Source: a virus
IMG/VR virus record: IMGVR_UViG_3300033545_000001
Span: 32,001-96,000 of that record
Length of the DNA stretch: 64,000 bases
Strand: one strand, 5' to 3'
Shown: positions 37,178 to 45,942 of the stretch, piece by piece
How the letters are laid out: each line of letters begins with the position of its first letter
Position numbering within the stretch: position 1 is the first letter of the stretch
Notes under the pieces: model-generated
The model's input: the letters and a program-made list of their open reading frames with translations, nothing else
Databases searched by the model: none
What the model was told of the DNA's origin: nothing
Program-made: the position numbers and the translations under genes

Positions 37178-37614
37178 TGACTGATATTGCAGAGCATGCC
37201 CAGAAGGTTTCTCACAGTTACACTGTGCACTATCCTCCACATCCTGCCCGTGAAGATGATCCCCACTATAAAGATTTCAATCATTTCCATAGGACAACTA
37301 AGAATGATCCTGAGATTTATCAGTGCGCCATAGGTAAGCACAGAGGTGACTTCTCTGAATGTTCTGTAGACAAGCCTCTTGAAACTCATCATTCTCATGT
37401 TGAGTTTTCTTTACAGAATGGTATAGATTTACAGTGGTTGGAGAAAGACTATCCAGGTATTTCTAATCCTGATGAATTAGGAGCGTGGGTAGAATCAGCA
37501 GATAACCTTCAATGGCTTTGCGAAAGGCACCATAGAGGTTCGGGCGGAGTTCATGTAGTTTCAGCTGCTGACTATGAGGCTGAACGCTATGTGAGAAATC
37601 TTACTTCTGACTAA
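37177..37614 (+). CDS. HNH-like protein
   Basis: CAIG...C...LETHH...NLQWLCERHH. Confidence 0.55.
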   Translation: MTDIAEHAQKVSHSYTVHYPPHPAREDDPHYKDFNHFHRTTKNDPEIYQCAIGKHRGDFSECSVDKPLETHHSHVEFSLQNGIDLQWLEKDYPGISNPDELGAWVESADNLQWLCERHHRGSGGVHVVSAADYEAERYVRNLTSD

Positions 37615-37659
37615 TCCGATGGTTAATTCAGGTATACCACTATTTTATTGGAGTTTGTA

Positions 37660-38391
37660 ATGAGCTCATCACAGCTAGAGCTGGTCATTGAACTTGCTGC
37701 TAGGAAGAAGTTCTCTAAGATCGCTGACGACAACATGAAGGATCAGACAAAGTTTCCAGCTGCGTCTGTTCCTGTAGGTGGCGTCAATGCTGAAGATGGC
37801 TCTTCAGCAGAGACAGCTCCCCCAATTGTTCCAGCCGCTAGTCATGACGATTGGCAGGACAATGAGGATATGCACTCTATGGGAGTGACTATTGGTCCTG
37901 CTGGTGACGTTATGCATGGTGCTATGAAGATTGGCAACATTGTAACTATTCCCAAGGGTAAGAACCGTTATATCGGTATCCATCACCCTTCTGGCGCACT
38001 GACTGACGCACACCCTAATCGTGCTCGTGCTGCCATGGAACTTCGTACACTTCATCATTTCCTTCCTCATCACAATGAGAAGGGCGCACATCCTGGCATG
38101 GCTTTATCAGCTGAGCAGGAATTTGCCACAGTTATAGCACTTGCAGCTAAGAATCAGGAACGTACAGCTTCTGAAGGAATGGCTAAGTACGGGGATGTAG
38201 AGTATGCAGATCCTAAGAACAAGGCTTACCCTATAAATAATGCTGAGAGGGTAAAAGCTGCTCGGGACTATGTAAATCATCCAGATGATGCTGCTAAATA
38301 TCCTCGTAATGGAGTTAGTTTAGAGTCTGTAAAAGCTAAGATAAAGTCAGCTGCTAAGAAGTTTGGCGTAGAGATTAGCGAAGACAACTAG
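37660..38391 (+). CDS. Hypothetical protein with C-terminal DUF6582-like domain
   Basis: YADPKNKAYPIN..ERVKAA..Y...IKSAAKKFGVEI; GGAG RBS before ATG 37660. Confidence 0.6.
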   Translation: MSSSQLELVIELAARKKFSKIADDNMKDQTKFPAASVPVGGVNAEDGSSAETAPPIVPAASHDDWQDNEDMHSMGVTIGPAGDVMHGAMKIGNIVTIPKGKNRYIGIHHPSGALTDAHPNRARAAMELRTLHHFLPHHNEKGAHPGMALSAEQEFATVIALAAKNQERTASEGMAKYGDVEYADPKNKAYPINNAERVKAARDYVNHPDDAAKYPRNGVSLESVKAKIKSAAKKFGVEISEDN

Positions 38392-38431
38392 TATAAAGTA
38401 GAACTAAGCCCAATAATTAGGCCCGGAGCCA

Positions 38432-40318
38432 ATGAGTAAGTTCGCACAACTCTTTGCAGAAGAGCCCCCAGAGCCAATAGCTCCAGTAGGGGGCTCTAAT
38501 GCTTATGCCCTTGAAGACCTGCTTGAAGAGATCCCTGTGTCTTTGGAAGTATTCATCAGAGACAAGAAGTACCTTGGGGATGCTACTTTTAAGCCTAGTG
38601 ACATTCAAGCAGATGCTATTAAGCACATTGAACGTATATACTTTGCTGACATGTACCCAAGTATGGGCGAATATGAGCCTTATTGGCTAGATGATATTAG
38701 AATGACTAACTTCCATGCCCTTCAGTGGGGAAAGGGAGCTGGCAAGGATTCTATCTGCCGCATGTCATTCCTCAGGGTAGCTTATCTGTTCTCATGTCTT
38801 AAGAATCCACAGGCTTATTTTGGCATTCCTGATGATGATGATGTTCATATGCTTAATGTTGCTATGTCTGCCAAACAGGCGCAAAGAGCATTCTTCAATC
38901 CTTTGAAGAAGAATGTTAAGAAGGGTTGGTTTAAGGACAAGGCAGATTGCACTGTATCTGAAATCACCTTCGCTAAGGGACTAATTGGAATATCAGGACA
39001 TTCAGAAACAGAGTCTCAGGAAGGTCTTAACCTGCTGCTGGGAATCTGTGACGAGATTGACGGTTTCAAGACTAAGGCAGACTTGGCAAGGAATCAAGGA
39101 GCTTCTCTAAGAGATTCTACCCGTAGCGCTGAATCCATCATGAACATGATGAGATCTTCTGGAATTACTAGATTCCCGGAAACATTCAAACAGGTTTACA
39201 TTAGCTTCCCTCGCTACCTTGGATCTACTATTCAGCAGAAGACTCAGCAGGGTTATGATGATATTGCTGAGAATGGCAGTAATTCAAGATGGTTTTCTTC
39301 TGGACCTTATGCTACGTGGGAAGTAAAGCCAAGTGCCAAGAAATGGCATTTCTCTGAAGAGTACAAAGAGAATCGCCATGAAGCTATGGCTAAATATGAA
39401 TGCAAGCCAAGCTTTGCCGCTGACCCTTACTACAAGAATCCAATGGCTGTAGAGGCTTGCTTTAGACATGAAGAAATTCCTTCAGTTACTGTCTCTTATG
39501 TATGCGACGGTAACGTGTGGAGGCCAGATTACGAATTCTCAGAAGATTTCTACCCTATTCAGGGCGCTCAGTATGCTATGCATGCAGACCTTGCAGTCAA
39601 GGGAGACCGTGCGGGTATAGCGATGGCTCATGTAGTAAGGAATGAGTTGGTAGAGAAAGAGATCTTTGGAGAAGGCGGAGAAATCATTCGTGTGAATGAC
39701 ATGCTGCCCTATGTAAAGACTGACTTTATTATAACTTTTGAAGCCGACCTGTCAGCTGATCCTTTCCGAGAGATTCAGATACGTTGGGCTAGAGACTTGT
39801 GGGCTGAACTTAAGCTTAGAGGATTCAATATTCGTCAGTTCAGTTTCGACGGTTATCAGAGTACAGAAAGTCGTCAAGAGTTAGAGCGCCTGGGAGTAGA
39901 TTCTCCAGTTATCTCTACTGACCGTACTGAAGATCCTTGGAAGACTTTGAGAGACCTTATGTATGGTGGTAGAGTATCTATGCCTTATACTGACATTCTG
40001 CGTAATGAGCTTCTAGGTCTTACTAAGCGTACAAATGGTAAGATAGACCATACTTCCCTAGGAAGTAAGGATATGGCTGATGCTTTCGCGTGTGCCTGCA
40101 CAGGAGCCATTATGCTAGGAGGCTCAGAAGCTGCTAGTGGGGCCAGAGCTTACTATTCTAAAGTTGAATTCTCTGGAGATAGTTATGAATCTATTCCAGA
40201 GTTGAAGTTTGATGATAGAGATGTATTCAACATGGGGCAATTTGGCCATGAGTTTGATAATATGATTGAAGGAGACGGCTGGTCTGGCGATGGAGGATCT
40301 CTAGCTAACTGGTTATAA
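38432..40318 (+). CDS. terL: Terminase large subunit
   Basis: Walker A WGKGAGKD, Walker B ICDEID, RNase H-like HADLA...FDGYQS...KDMADA. Confidence 0.88.
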   Translation: MSKFAQLFAEEPPEPIAPVGGSNAYALEDLLEEIPVSLEVFIRDKKYLGDATFKPSDIQADAIKHIERIYFADMYPSMGEYEPYWLDDIRMTNFHALQWGKGAGKDSICRMSFLRVAYLFSCLKNPQAYFGIPDDDDVHMLNVAMSAKQAQRAFFNPLKKNVKKGWFKDKADCTVSEITFAKGLIGISGHSETESQEGLNLLLGICDEIDGFKTKADLARNQGASLRDSTRSAESIMNMMRSSGITRFPETFKQVYISFPRYLGSTIQQKTQQGYDDIAENGSNSRWFSSGPYATWEVKPSAKKWHFSEEYKENRHEAMAKYECKPSFAADPYYKNPMAVEACFRHEEIPSVTVSYVCDGNVWRPDYEFSEDFYPIQGAQYAMHADLAVKGDRAGIAMAHVVRNELVEKEIFGEGGEIIRVNDMLPYVKTDFIITFEADLSADPFREIQIRWARDLWAELKLRGFNIRQFSFDGYQSTESRQELERLGVDSPVISTDRTEDPWKTLRDLMYGGRVSMPYTDILRNELLGLTKRTNGKIDHTSLGSKDMADAFACACTGAIMLGGSEAASGARAYYSKVEFSGDSYESIPELKFDDRDVFNMGQFGHEFDNMIEGDGWSGDGGSLANWL

Positions 40319-40363
40319 GATCTACCGATGATTTACGTATATAGACTATCATAGGAGTTGTCC

Positions 40364-43225
40364 ATGCCTAAGGGTAACGAGGAAGAGATTCGACCAGATG
40401 ACGTGGTTGAACTTGCCTCTCAGCAGGAGAATCCTGGATATGCCAACTCTGGTGTTACCGGGCCAAGCAACATGGGTGCTGTTGGTGATACAGGCCTGAT
40501 CATACCCAAGCCACGTAAGAAAGATCTTAATCTAGAACGTGGTGTTACTTTCTCTTACCCATTTTCCACTCAGTACCATGACTTGTGGGAATTGTGGCGA
40601 ACTGAGAAGGTTACTGTAAAGCAGCTTGAAGTAATGCGTCGTACAGACGGACATGCAAGAGCTTTGTACAGTATGATAACTATGCCTATTAGAGCTTGCC
40701 TTAAAACTGCCTCTGTTGCACCTATATCAGGAATAGAAGGTGGTACTGATGAGGCCAACTTCATTAATCTAATGCTTAATCTTCCACCAGCAGCTGGTGG
40801 AATGGTAGTGCCAATGAATCAGTTTATTGCTCAGATGCTTTTGGGTACTTTCCATGGATTCTCTGCATTTGAAATGGTGTACTGGGTTCCTAGAAAGGGA
40901 CCTCTTGCAGGTAAGGTTACTCTGAAGAAGGCTTCATGGCGTCCAGCTGATACTATTCACTTTTTGACTAACGATCAGGCTGAATTTGCGGGTTGGCGTC
41001 AAAGATGTCTGACAGGAGATACTAAGATCTCCCTGCTAGACGGCACAGAGCCTCGAATCGATGACATGGTTAAGCGCTGGGAGGCTGGCGAGCAGTTCTG
41101 GGTATATTCCAGCACGCTAGACGGCCACGTGGTTCCTGGTAAAGTTTCTTACGCTACCAAGACTAGTGACAGCGAGAAGCTTGTAGAGGTAGAGCTGGAC
41201 AACGGAGAGAAGGTACGCTGCACTCATACTCATCCATGGCTTCTACGGTCAGGCGAGTACAAGCGCGCAGACGCGCTACAGCCTGGTGATAGTCTAATGC
41301 CCCTGTATCGTAAAAACCAGAAGTTGAACTCGTACTCAGGTCAGGAGTACGAGTGGGTTTCTCATCCCGCAGGTACTTGGGAGCCTACGCATCGTATGGT
41401 GAGCCGGGAACTAGGATTCGGCGTTCGTGGAGGAGAAGTCATCCATCACGGTTTTGAGGGAGAGGGTCATCTTAATAACGATCCTAGAAATCTTCAACGC
41501 CTTACAAGCGCCCAGCACAGAGAACTCCATGAAAAGTTGGGCCAGGAGGGCAATAAGGCTCTCAGGGCTTGGCAGCATAATGCTTCTCCTGAGACGCTCT
41601 CTGCTATTGGAACAGGAGCAGCCAACAAGCGTTGGAGTAATCCTGACTATCGCCAGCTCCGCTCCGAGCAGTTTAGAGCTCAGAGAGAGCAGTGGATAGC
41701 TGATGGCATAGACCTAGAAAATACTAGACGTCATGACATTACTTTCGAAGTCATTGATGAGGCTGCTCGTAAGACTGTCTCTGAAGGTAAGAAGTTGTCT
41801 CAGGCAGTTCTTCAGGAAGAGCTAGGATGTTCCAAGGACGTGCTGCTTGCTCGAATGAGAGAAGCAGGATATCCAGACTGGAAGACGTACAAGTGGACGC
41901 TGGTTCAGAGAGATGCGGATTGGGCTCGTAAGTCAGGCGCTCCAGTTAACCACAAGGTGACTGCTGTCAGATTCTTGGATGAGCCCGAAGCTGTCTATGA
42001 CATCGAAGTTGAGGACTACCACAACTTTGCTCTGTCTGCTGGAGTGTTCGTTCACAATACGTTCCAGCATGGTCGTTACATTGATGTTCTGTTGCCTAAT
42101 GATACTGCACTTGTTTATACTTGTCGCGCAGAAGAAGCCCCTTTCTATGGTGTTTCTATGTTTGAAACAGCTTTCTGGCATTACGACAAAAAAGTCAAGA
42201 TGTACTACTTGGCACACCTTGCAGCACAGAAGGGTGCCATTGGTACACGTATTGGCCACATGCCTCCAAACCCAAACAAGGCTGACGTTGACCATTTCCT
42301 AGAGCAGTTAGGCAAACTAGGTACTCAGCAGTTTATGGCGATGCCTATTGACTGGGATGTGGATGTAGTTCAAGAAGCTGGTAAGTTCGACTACATTAGT
42401 TTTATCGAGCATCACAATCACATGATGTCTGAGTCTGTAATGGCTGGATTCATGGATGGTAACGCTACTGGTGGAAATACTCCCCAAGTAGACTTCAGTA
42501 CTCAGGATGATACTTTGTTCATTCAGATGCTTGAAACCATCATGGATGATATTGCTTCTGTTATCAATAATCAGCTTATACCTAGATTCATTGATTGGAA
42601 CTTCGGAACTGGACTATACCCAACATTCAAGTGGGGTCCATTTACTGATGAGCAGAAGGACGCCATTCGTCTTGCCTTCAATCAGCTCTCAATGGCACCT
42701 ACAATCAATATGGAGCCTGAACTATGGCAGGCACTTCAGCTTAAGTGGGCTGAAGATCTTGGCATCAACACTGACACTGATATTCTACAGTCTCGTTGGG
42801 ATATGCAAAATGCTCAGCAGCAGGATCTTGCAGGGCTTAATTACAAGACTCAGCTTGTGGAGGCTAAAAATGCTTTGGACATGGCTGTTAATCCGCCACC
42901 TCCAATGCCTCCAGCTGGTCCTGTAGGAGCCCCTACAGCCGCTCCTAAGGCTGCCCCAGCTAAGAAAGTAGCTGCCAAGAAGACAGCTACTCCAGCCAAA
43001 GCTGCGACGGCTCCAGTTAAGGCAGTAGCAACACCTGCCAAGGCGACTCCTGCAAAGACAGCAGCCAAGGTGACTGAGGCCACAACTTCAGCCTCTACCC
43101 ATGCTGCTCCGAGCAAGCAGAATTCGGGGAATTCTAACCCTACTCAGGGTTCTAAGCAGTTGAGTCCTAAATCAGCTGCCCAGAAGGATGAAGATCGTCA
43201 GGATGAGAGAAAGCGTGGCCACTGA
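40364..43225 (+). CDS. Portal protein (DUF935/Mu gp29-like), intein-containing, with Ala/Lys/Pro-rich tail
   Basis: Follows TerL; HGFSAFEMVY, PFYGVSMFETAFW, NQLIPRFIDWNFG. Confidence 0.85.
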   Translation: MPKGNEEEIRPDDVVELASQQENPGYANSGVTGPSNMGAVGDTGLIIPKPRKKDLNLERGVTFSYPFSTQYHDLWELWRTEKVTVKQLEVMRRTDGHARALYSMITMPIRACLKTASVAPISGIEGGTDEANFINLMLNLPPAAGGMVVPMNQFIAQMLLGTFHGFSAFEMVYWVPRKGPLAGKVTLKKASWRPADTIHFLTNDQAEFAGWRQRCLTGDTKISLLDGTEPRIDDMVKRWEAGEQFWVYSSTLDGHVVPGKVSYATKTSDSEKLVEVELDNGEKVRCTHTHPWLLRSGEYKRADALQPGDSLMPLYRKNQKLNSYSGQEYEWVSHPAGTWEPTHRMVSRELGFGVRGGEVIHHGFEGEGHLNNDPRNLQRLTSAQHRELHEKLGQEGNKALRAWQHNASPETLSAIGTGAANKRWSNPDYRQLRSEQFRAQREQWIADGIDLENTRRHDITFEVIDEAARKTVSEGKKLSQAVLQEELGCSKDVLLARMREAGYPDWKTYKWTLVQRDADWARKSGAPVNHKVTAVRFLDEPEAVYDIEVEDYHNFALSAGVFVHNTFQHGRYIDVLLPNDTALVYTCRAEEAPFYGVSMFETAFWHYDKKVKMYYLAHLAAQKGAIGTRIGHMPPNPNKADVDHFLEQLGKLGTQQFMAMPIDWDVDVVQEAGKFDYISFIEHHNHMMSESVMAGFMDGNATGGNTPQVDFSTQDDTLFIQMLETIMDDIASVINNQLIPRFIDWNFGTGLYPTFKWGPFTDEQKDAIRLAFNQLSMAPTINMEPELWQALQLKWAEDLGINTDTDILQSRWDMQNAQQQDLAGLNYKTQLVEAKNALDMAVNPPPPMPPAGPVGAPTAAPKAAPAKKVAAKKTATPAKAATAPVKAVATPAKATPAKTAAKVTEATTSASTHAAPSKQNSGNSNPTQGSKQLSPKSAAQKDEDRQDERKRGH
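41006..42058 (+). mobile_element. Class 1 intein with HNH endonuclease in the portal
   Basis: CLTGDTKI start, CTHTHPW block B, VYDIEVEDYHNF, VHN/T end; HRMV...IHH...NNDPRNL...H. Confidence 0.92.
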
Positions 43226-43392
43226 TGAACTCGGTGAAGTTTGCTAGAATTCAGCGCAAGATATTTGAACGCTACATGAGCCATTCATTGCATTGCCAGA
43301 AGAATTCCTCTGGGCAAGAATGCAATGAATGTGGTAGTCATAGATTAAAATATTGCGCTATGTGGCATAGTCGCGGGTTAAGAACTCTTTAG
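43225..43392 (+). CDS. 55-aa Cys/His-containing peptide
   Basis: TGATG overlap with the portal stop; H..HC...CNEC. Confidence 0.4.
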   Translation: MNSVKFARIQRKIFERYMSHSLHCQKNSSGQECNECGSHRLKYCAMWHSRGLRTL

Positions 43393-43434
43393 TCCGATAA
43401 ATCAATAGACGTAAACTTTCACAAGGAGTCATCA

Positions 43435-44559
43435 ATGCCTGAAGAGCTAAGTATTTTCCCTTCGCAAGGGGATGACTGGGTAGAGTTGGCTCGTGTTAAG
43501 AGTGGAACTCTATTTCGTAAGCATATTCTCAATAAGGGAGTGCTTATCCATCCTGCTACAAAAGCAAAAATTACTATCGACGATGACTTTGTTTCTAAGT
43601 TGAAGCAGAACTTCGCAAATAATGTTTGTGATATTGTTCAGGTTCCCCTGGCTGACGACAATAATCAGCATTCAGAAAGCCCTGAGCGCAATCAAGGTGA
43701 AGTAGTAGGTGTGGAAGAAGAGAATGGCAAGGTTTATGCCATTATCGATGCTCGTACTGATGACGCGAAGAAGAATCTAGGTAAGACTTGGCTAGGCGCA
43801 TCAGCCATGCTCAGTACTAATTATGTAGATACTGCTACTGGTGAGCGTGTGGGTCCAACCCTTTTGCATGTGGCTGTGACAAATAGGCCTTACGTGACAG
43901 GCTTAGAACAGTATCAAGAGATTATAGCAGCTTCCAATAGCGATCCAGATTCCACTGTTGTGGTATATGAAACTGAAGAAGTTGTGGAAGAAGAAACTTC
44001 AGAAGAAGTGCAGGCATCTGCCGATAGATTAAATGATGAGACGCTGGAAGCGTCTTCGCCTACTGAGGAGAATAAGACAATGACTCGTGAAGAGTTGATT
44101 GCGGCCCTCGCAGAGCATGGCATTGATGTCCCTGCTCTTCAGGCCGCTGCTGAAGAGGCAGAGGCCAACGCAGCTCTCTCAAATCAGCTTGCCGACAAGC
44201 TTGCTGAGACCCTTGAGCTAACTAACGGTTCAGTAGACACAGAAACCCTAATTGGTGCTATCGCTCAGGTGCACTCAGAGAAGGTTGAACTGTCTAACCG
44301 TGTACAGGGTCTAGAGCGTGCGCAGGCTGAGCATGTAGTAAGTGGCCTAATCAATGAGGGCTATGTACTGCCAGCGCAGAAGGACGTATATGTTGAATTG
44401 CGTCTATCAAACCCAGAGACTTTCAAGCGCCTAATCCCTAGTGAGCCAGTTGTAAAGCTGAGCGCTATGGTGGGCCAGGAATCACTCGATGACCAGACGA
44501 AGGATGACCTGAACATTGACGACGAGATTACTCGTCTCACTGCTCGTGTAGGTCAGTAA
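43435..44559 (+). CDS. Prohead protease/scaffold (Mu gpI-like)
   Basis: NQHS, GASA, GPTLLHVAVTNRPYVTGL; helical C-terminal half. Confidence 0.8.
   Translation: MPEELSIFPSQGDDWVELARVKSGTLFRKHILNKGVLIHPATKAKITIDDDFVSKLKQNFANNVCDIVQVPLADDNNQHSESPERNQGEVVGVEEENGKVYAIIDARTDDAKKNLGKTWLGASAMLSTNYVDTATGERVGPTLLHVAVTNRPYVTGLEQYQEIIAASNSDPDSTVVVYETEEVVEEETSEEVQASADRLNDETLEASSPTEENKTMTREELIAALAEHGIDVPALQAAAEEAEANAALSNQLADKLAETLELTNGSVDTETLIGAIAQVHSEKVELSNRVQGLERAQAEHVVSGLINEGYVLPAQKDVYVELRLSNPETFKRLIPSEPVVKLSAMVGQESLDDQTKDDLNIDDEITRLTARVGQ
44080..44559 (+). CDS. Nested in-frame scaffold protein
   Basis: Internal GAGGAG RBS at 44065 before ATG 44080; GCCGATAG motif at 44020. Confidence 0.65.
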   Translation: MTREELIAALAEHGIDVPALQAAAEEAEANAALSNQLADKLAETLELTNGSVDTETLIGAIAQVHSEKVELSNRVQGLERAQAEHVVSGLINEGYVLPAQKDVYVELRLSNPETFKRLIPSEPVVKLSAMVGQESLDDQTKDDLNIDDEITRLTARVGQ

Positions 44560-44587
44560 TTCCCGATTAAGATAGGAAAACGAAGCA

Positions 44588-45082
44588 ATGGCTAACGACT
44601 ACACTTCGGGAATTTACACTCCAGGTGATTCATACCAGGAGATTCCAGTTCCCGGATTCATCAAGCCTACTCACACATATGGTGAGACTTTTGGTGACGA
44701 ATTCCACGCACCTACAGTATTTGAACTTCTAGCCTCTACAGATGGCGGCTTCACTCAGCGCGGTGTTATTCTAGCTGGTGGGCAGGGAGTTCTACTTACA
44801 GGAACTGTTCTAGGTCAGTTCACATCAGGTGCTAATCAGTACCTATACGGTGTATACAACGCATCTCACAGTGATGGTTCTCAGATTCCTCTGGGTTTCC
44901 TACGTAATGGTGTAGACACTGGTGGCACAAACAGTCCAGCAGGTCTTCCAGCAACAAACGTTGCAGGTCTTCTTGTAGACCGTGGAATTCTTAACTACAA
45001 CGTAATTTCAGGACTAGACACTAACGCTATCAACAGTCTAAACGGCCGTCTTGATAACGCTGTTAATCGTTTCTACTTCTAA
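44588..45082 (+). CDS. Head decoration protein (lambda gpD/HDPD-like)
   Basis: GQGVLLTGTVLG...Y....SDGSQ.P.GFL; lies between scaffold and capsid. Confidence 0.75.
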   Translation: MANDYTSGIYTPGDSYQEIPVPGFIKPTHTYGETFGDEFHAPTVFELLASTDGGFTQRGVILAGGQGVLLTGTVLGQFTSGANQYLYGVYNASHSDGSQIPLGFLRNGVDTGGTNSPAGLPATNVAGLLVDRGILNYNVISGLDTNAINSLNGRLDNAVNRFYF

Positions 45083-45091
45083 GATTAGCAA

Positions 45092-45125
45092 AAGAAAGAC
45101 CCTCTCAATTGAGAGGGTCTTTCTT
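45092..45125. terminator. Bidirectional terminator
   Basis: Palindrome AAGAAAGACCCTCTCAATTGAGAGGGTCTTTCTT between convergent genes. Confidence 0.85.
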
Positions 45126-45780
45126 ATTTCTCTGACAGGTATTTAGCAAGGTGCAGTAATCTGTCAGGGTTATCTTTAAAGAAGCCTTCTGTAATGTTGC
45201 ATTCTAAATGAAGTAGGCCTCTTATGCATTTTCCACATGATGCCCCTCTCGAACAGCAGGCGTGGTCATGATCTATGACTAGTCTTCTGCCCTCTTCTGG
45301 GGGTTCTAAGCATCCTATGCATACTCCTGCCTGGTTATTTAAAAGCTCTATATATTTATGCGAGCTTATGGAATATCTTTGGAAAGCTTCTTCTTTTCTC
45401 CTGCACTCCCAAGAACAGTAGATTTGCCTGTTTGGCGAATATGTTCTGGATACAATAAATTCTTTGCCGCAGAAAGCATGAGCACATATTTTCTGAATTA
45501 TGGGCCTGCCTGGGCAGTGTATCCCGCAGGTAATTTGATTTGAAGCTCTTGGTACGTATTCATTGCCACATACTGTACACACGCTTAAAGTGACATAGTT
45601 TGCTTTAGACATATCCCTAGCTTTAGCTGTGTACCTACACCTCCTAGGTGAAGGGCAGAACTTTTGACTTTTCCTTACAGGGATGTAGTTTTCATTGCAT
45701 ACAGGGCAAAATCTTACAGACTTATCCCATATTCTATCTTTTCTGGTTCCCATTTTTCCCTTTCTACAGACTTCTGTCAT
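45124..45780 (-). CDS. Endonuclease VII-like homing endonuclease with zinc-finger repeats
   Basis: Three CxxC...Q..C...C repeats; Q.GVCIGC...IDHDH.CC...CGKCIRGLL...CN; start uncertain. Confidence 0.85.
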   Translation of the reverse strand: MTEVCRKGKMGTRKDRIWDKSVRFCPVCNENYIPVRKSQKFCPSPRRCRYTAKARDMSKANYVTLSVCTVCGNEYVPRASNQITCGIHCPGRPIIQKICAHAFCGKEFIVSRTYSPNRQIYCSWECRRKEEAFQRYSISSHKYIELLNNQAGVCIGCLEPPEEGRRLVIDHDHACCSRGASCGKCIRGLLHLECNITEGFFKDNPDRLLHLAKYLSEK

Positions 45781-45942
45781 ATTAATATTAATCGGAAGTT
45801 CTGTCAAGTAACTTCCGATAGACTAACTAGGCACTCCTAGTGCTAGGTCAGCTGAGTGGGCTCACTAGAGCGGCGCAGACCGGTCACTGTAAATTATTGT
45901 GACGCTGCCCTTATTGTCCGTTTATATATAGGAGTCCCCTTT

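Noticed and set aside
36051-38391. Assignment of a terminase small subunit
   Set aside because: None of the four ORFs upstream of terL shows features I can tie to TerS
45856-45942. 29-aa N-terminal extension of the capsid protein from the ORF track
   Set aside because: The RBS AGGAG precedes ATG 45943; the upstream part looks like an untranslated leader
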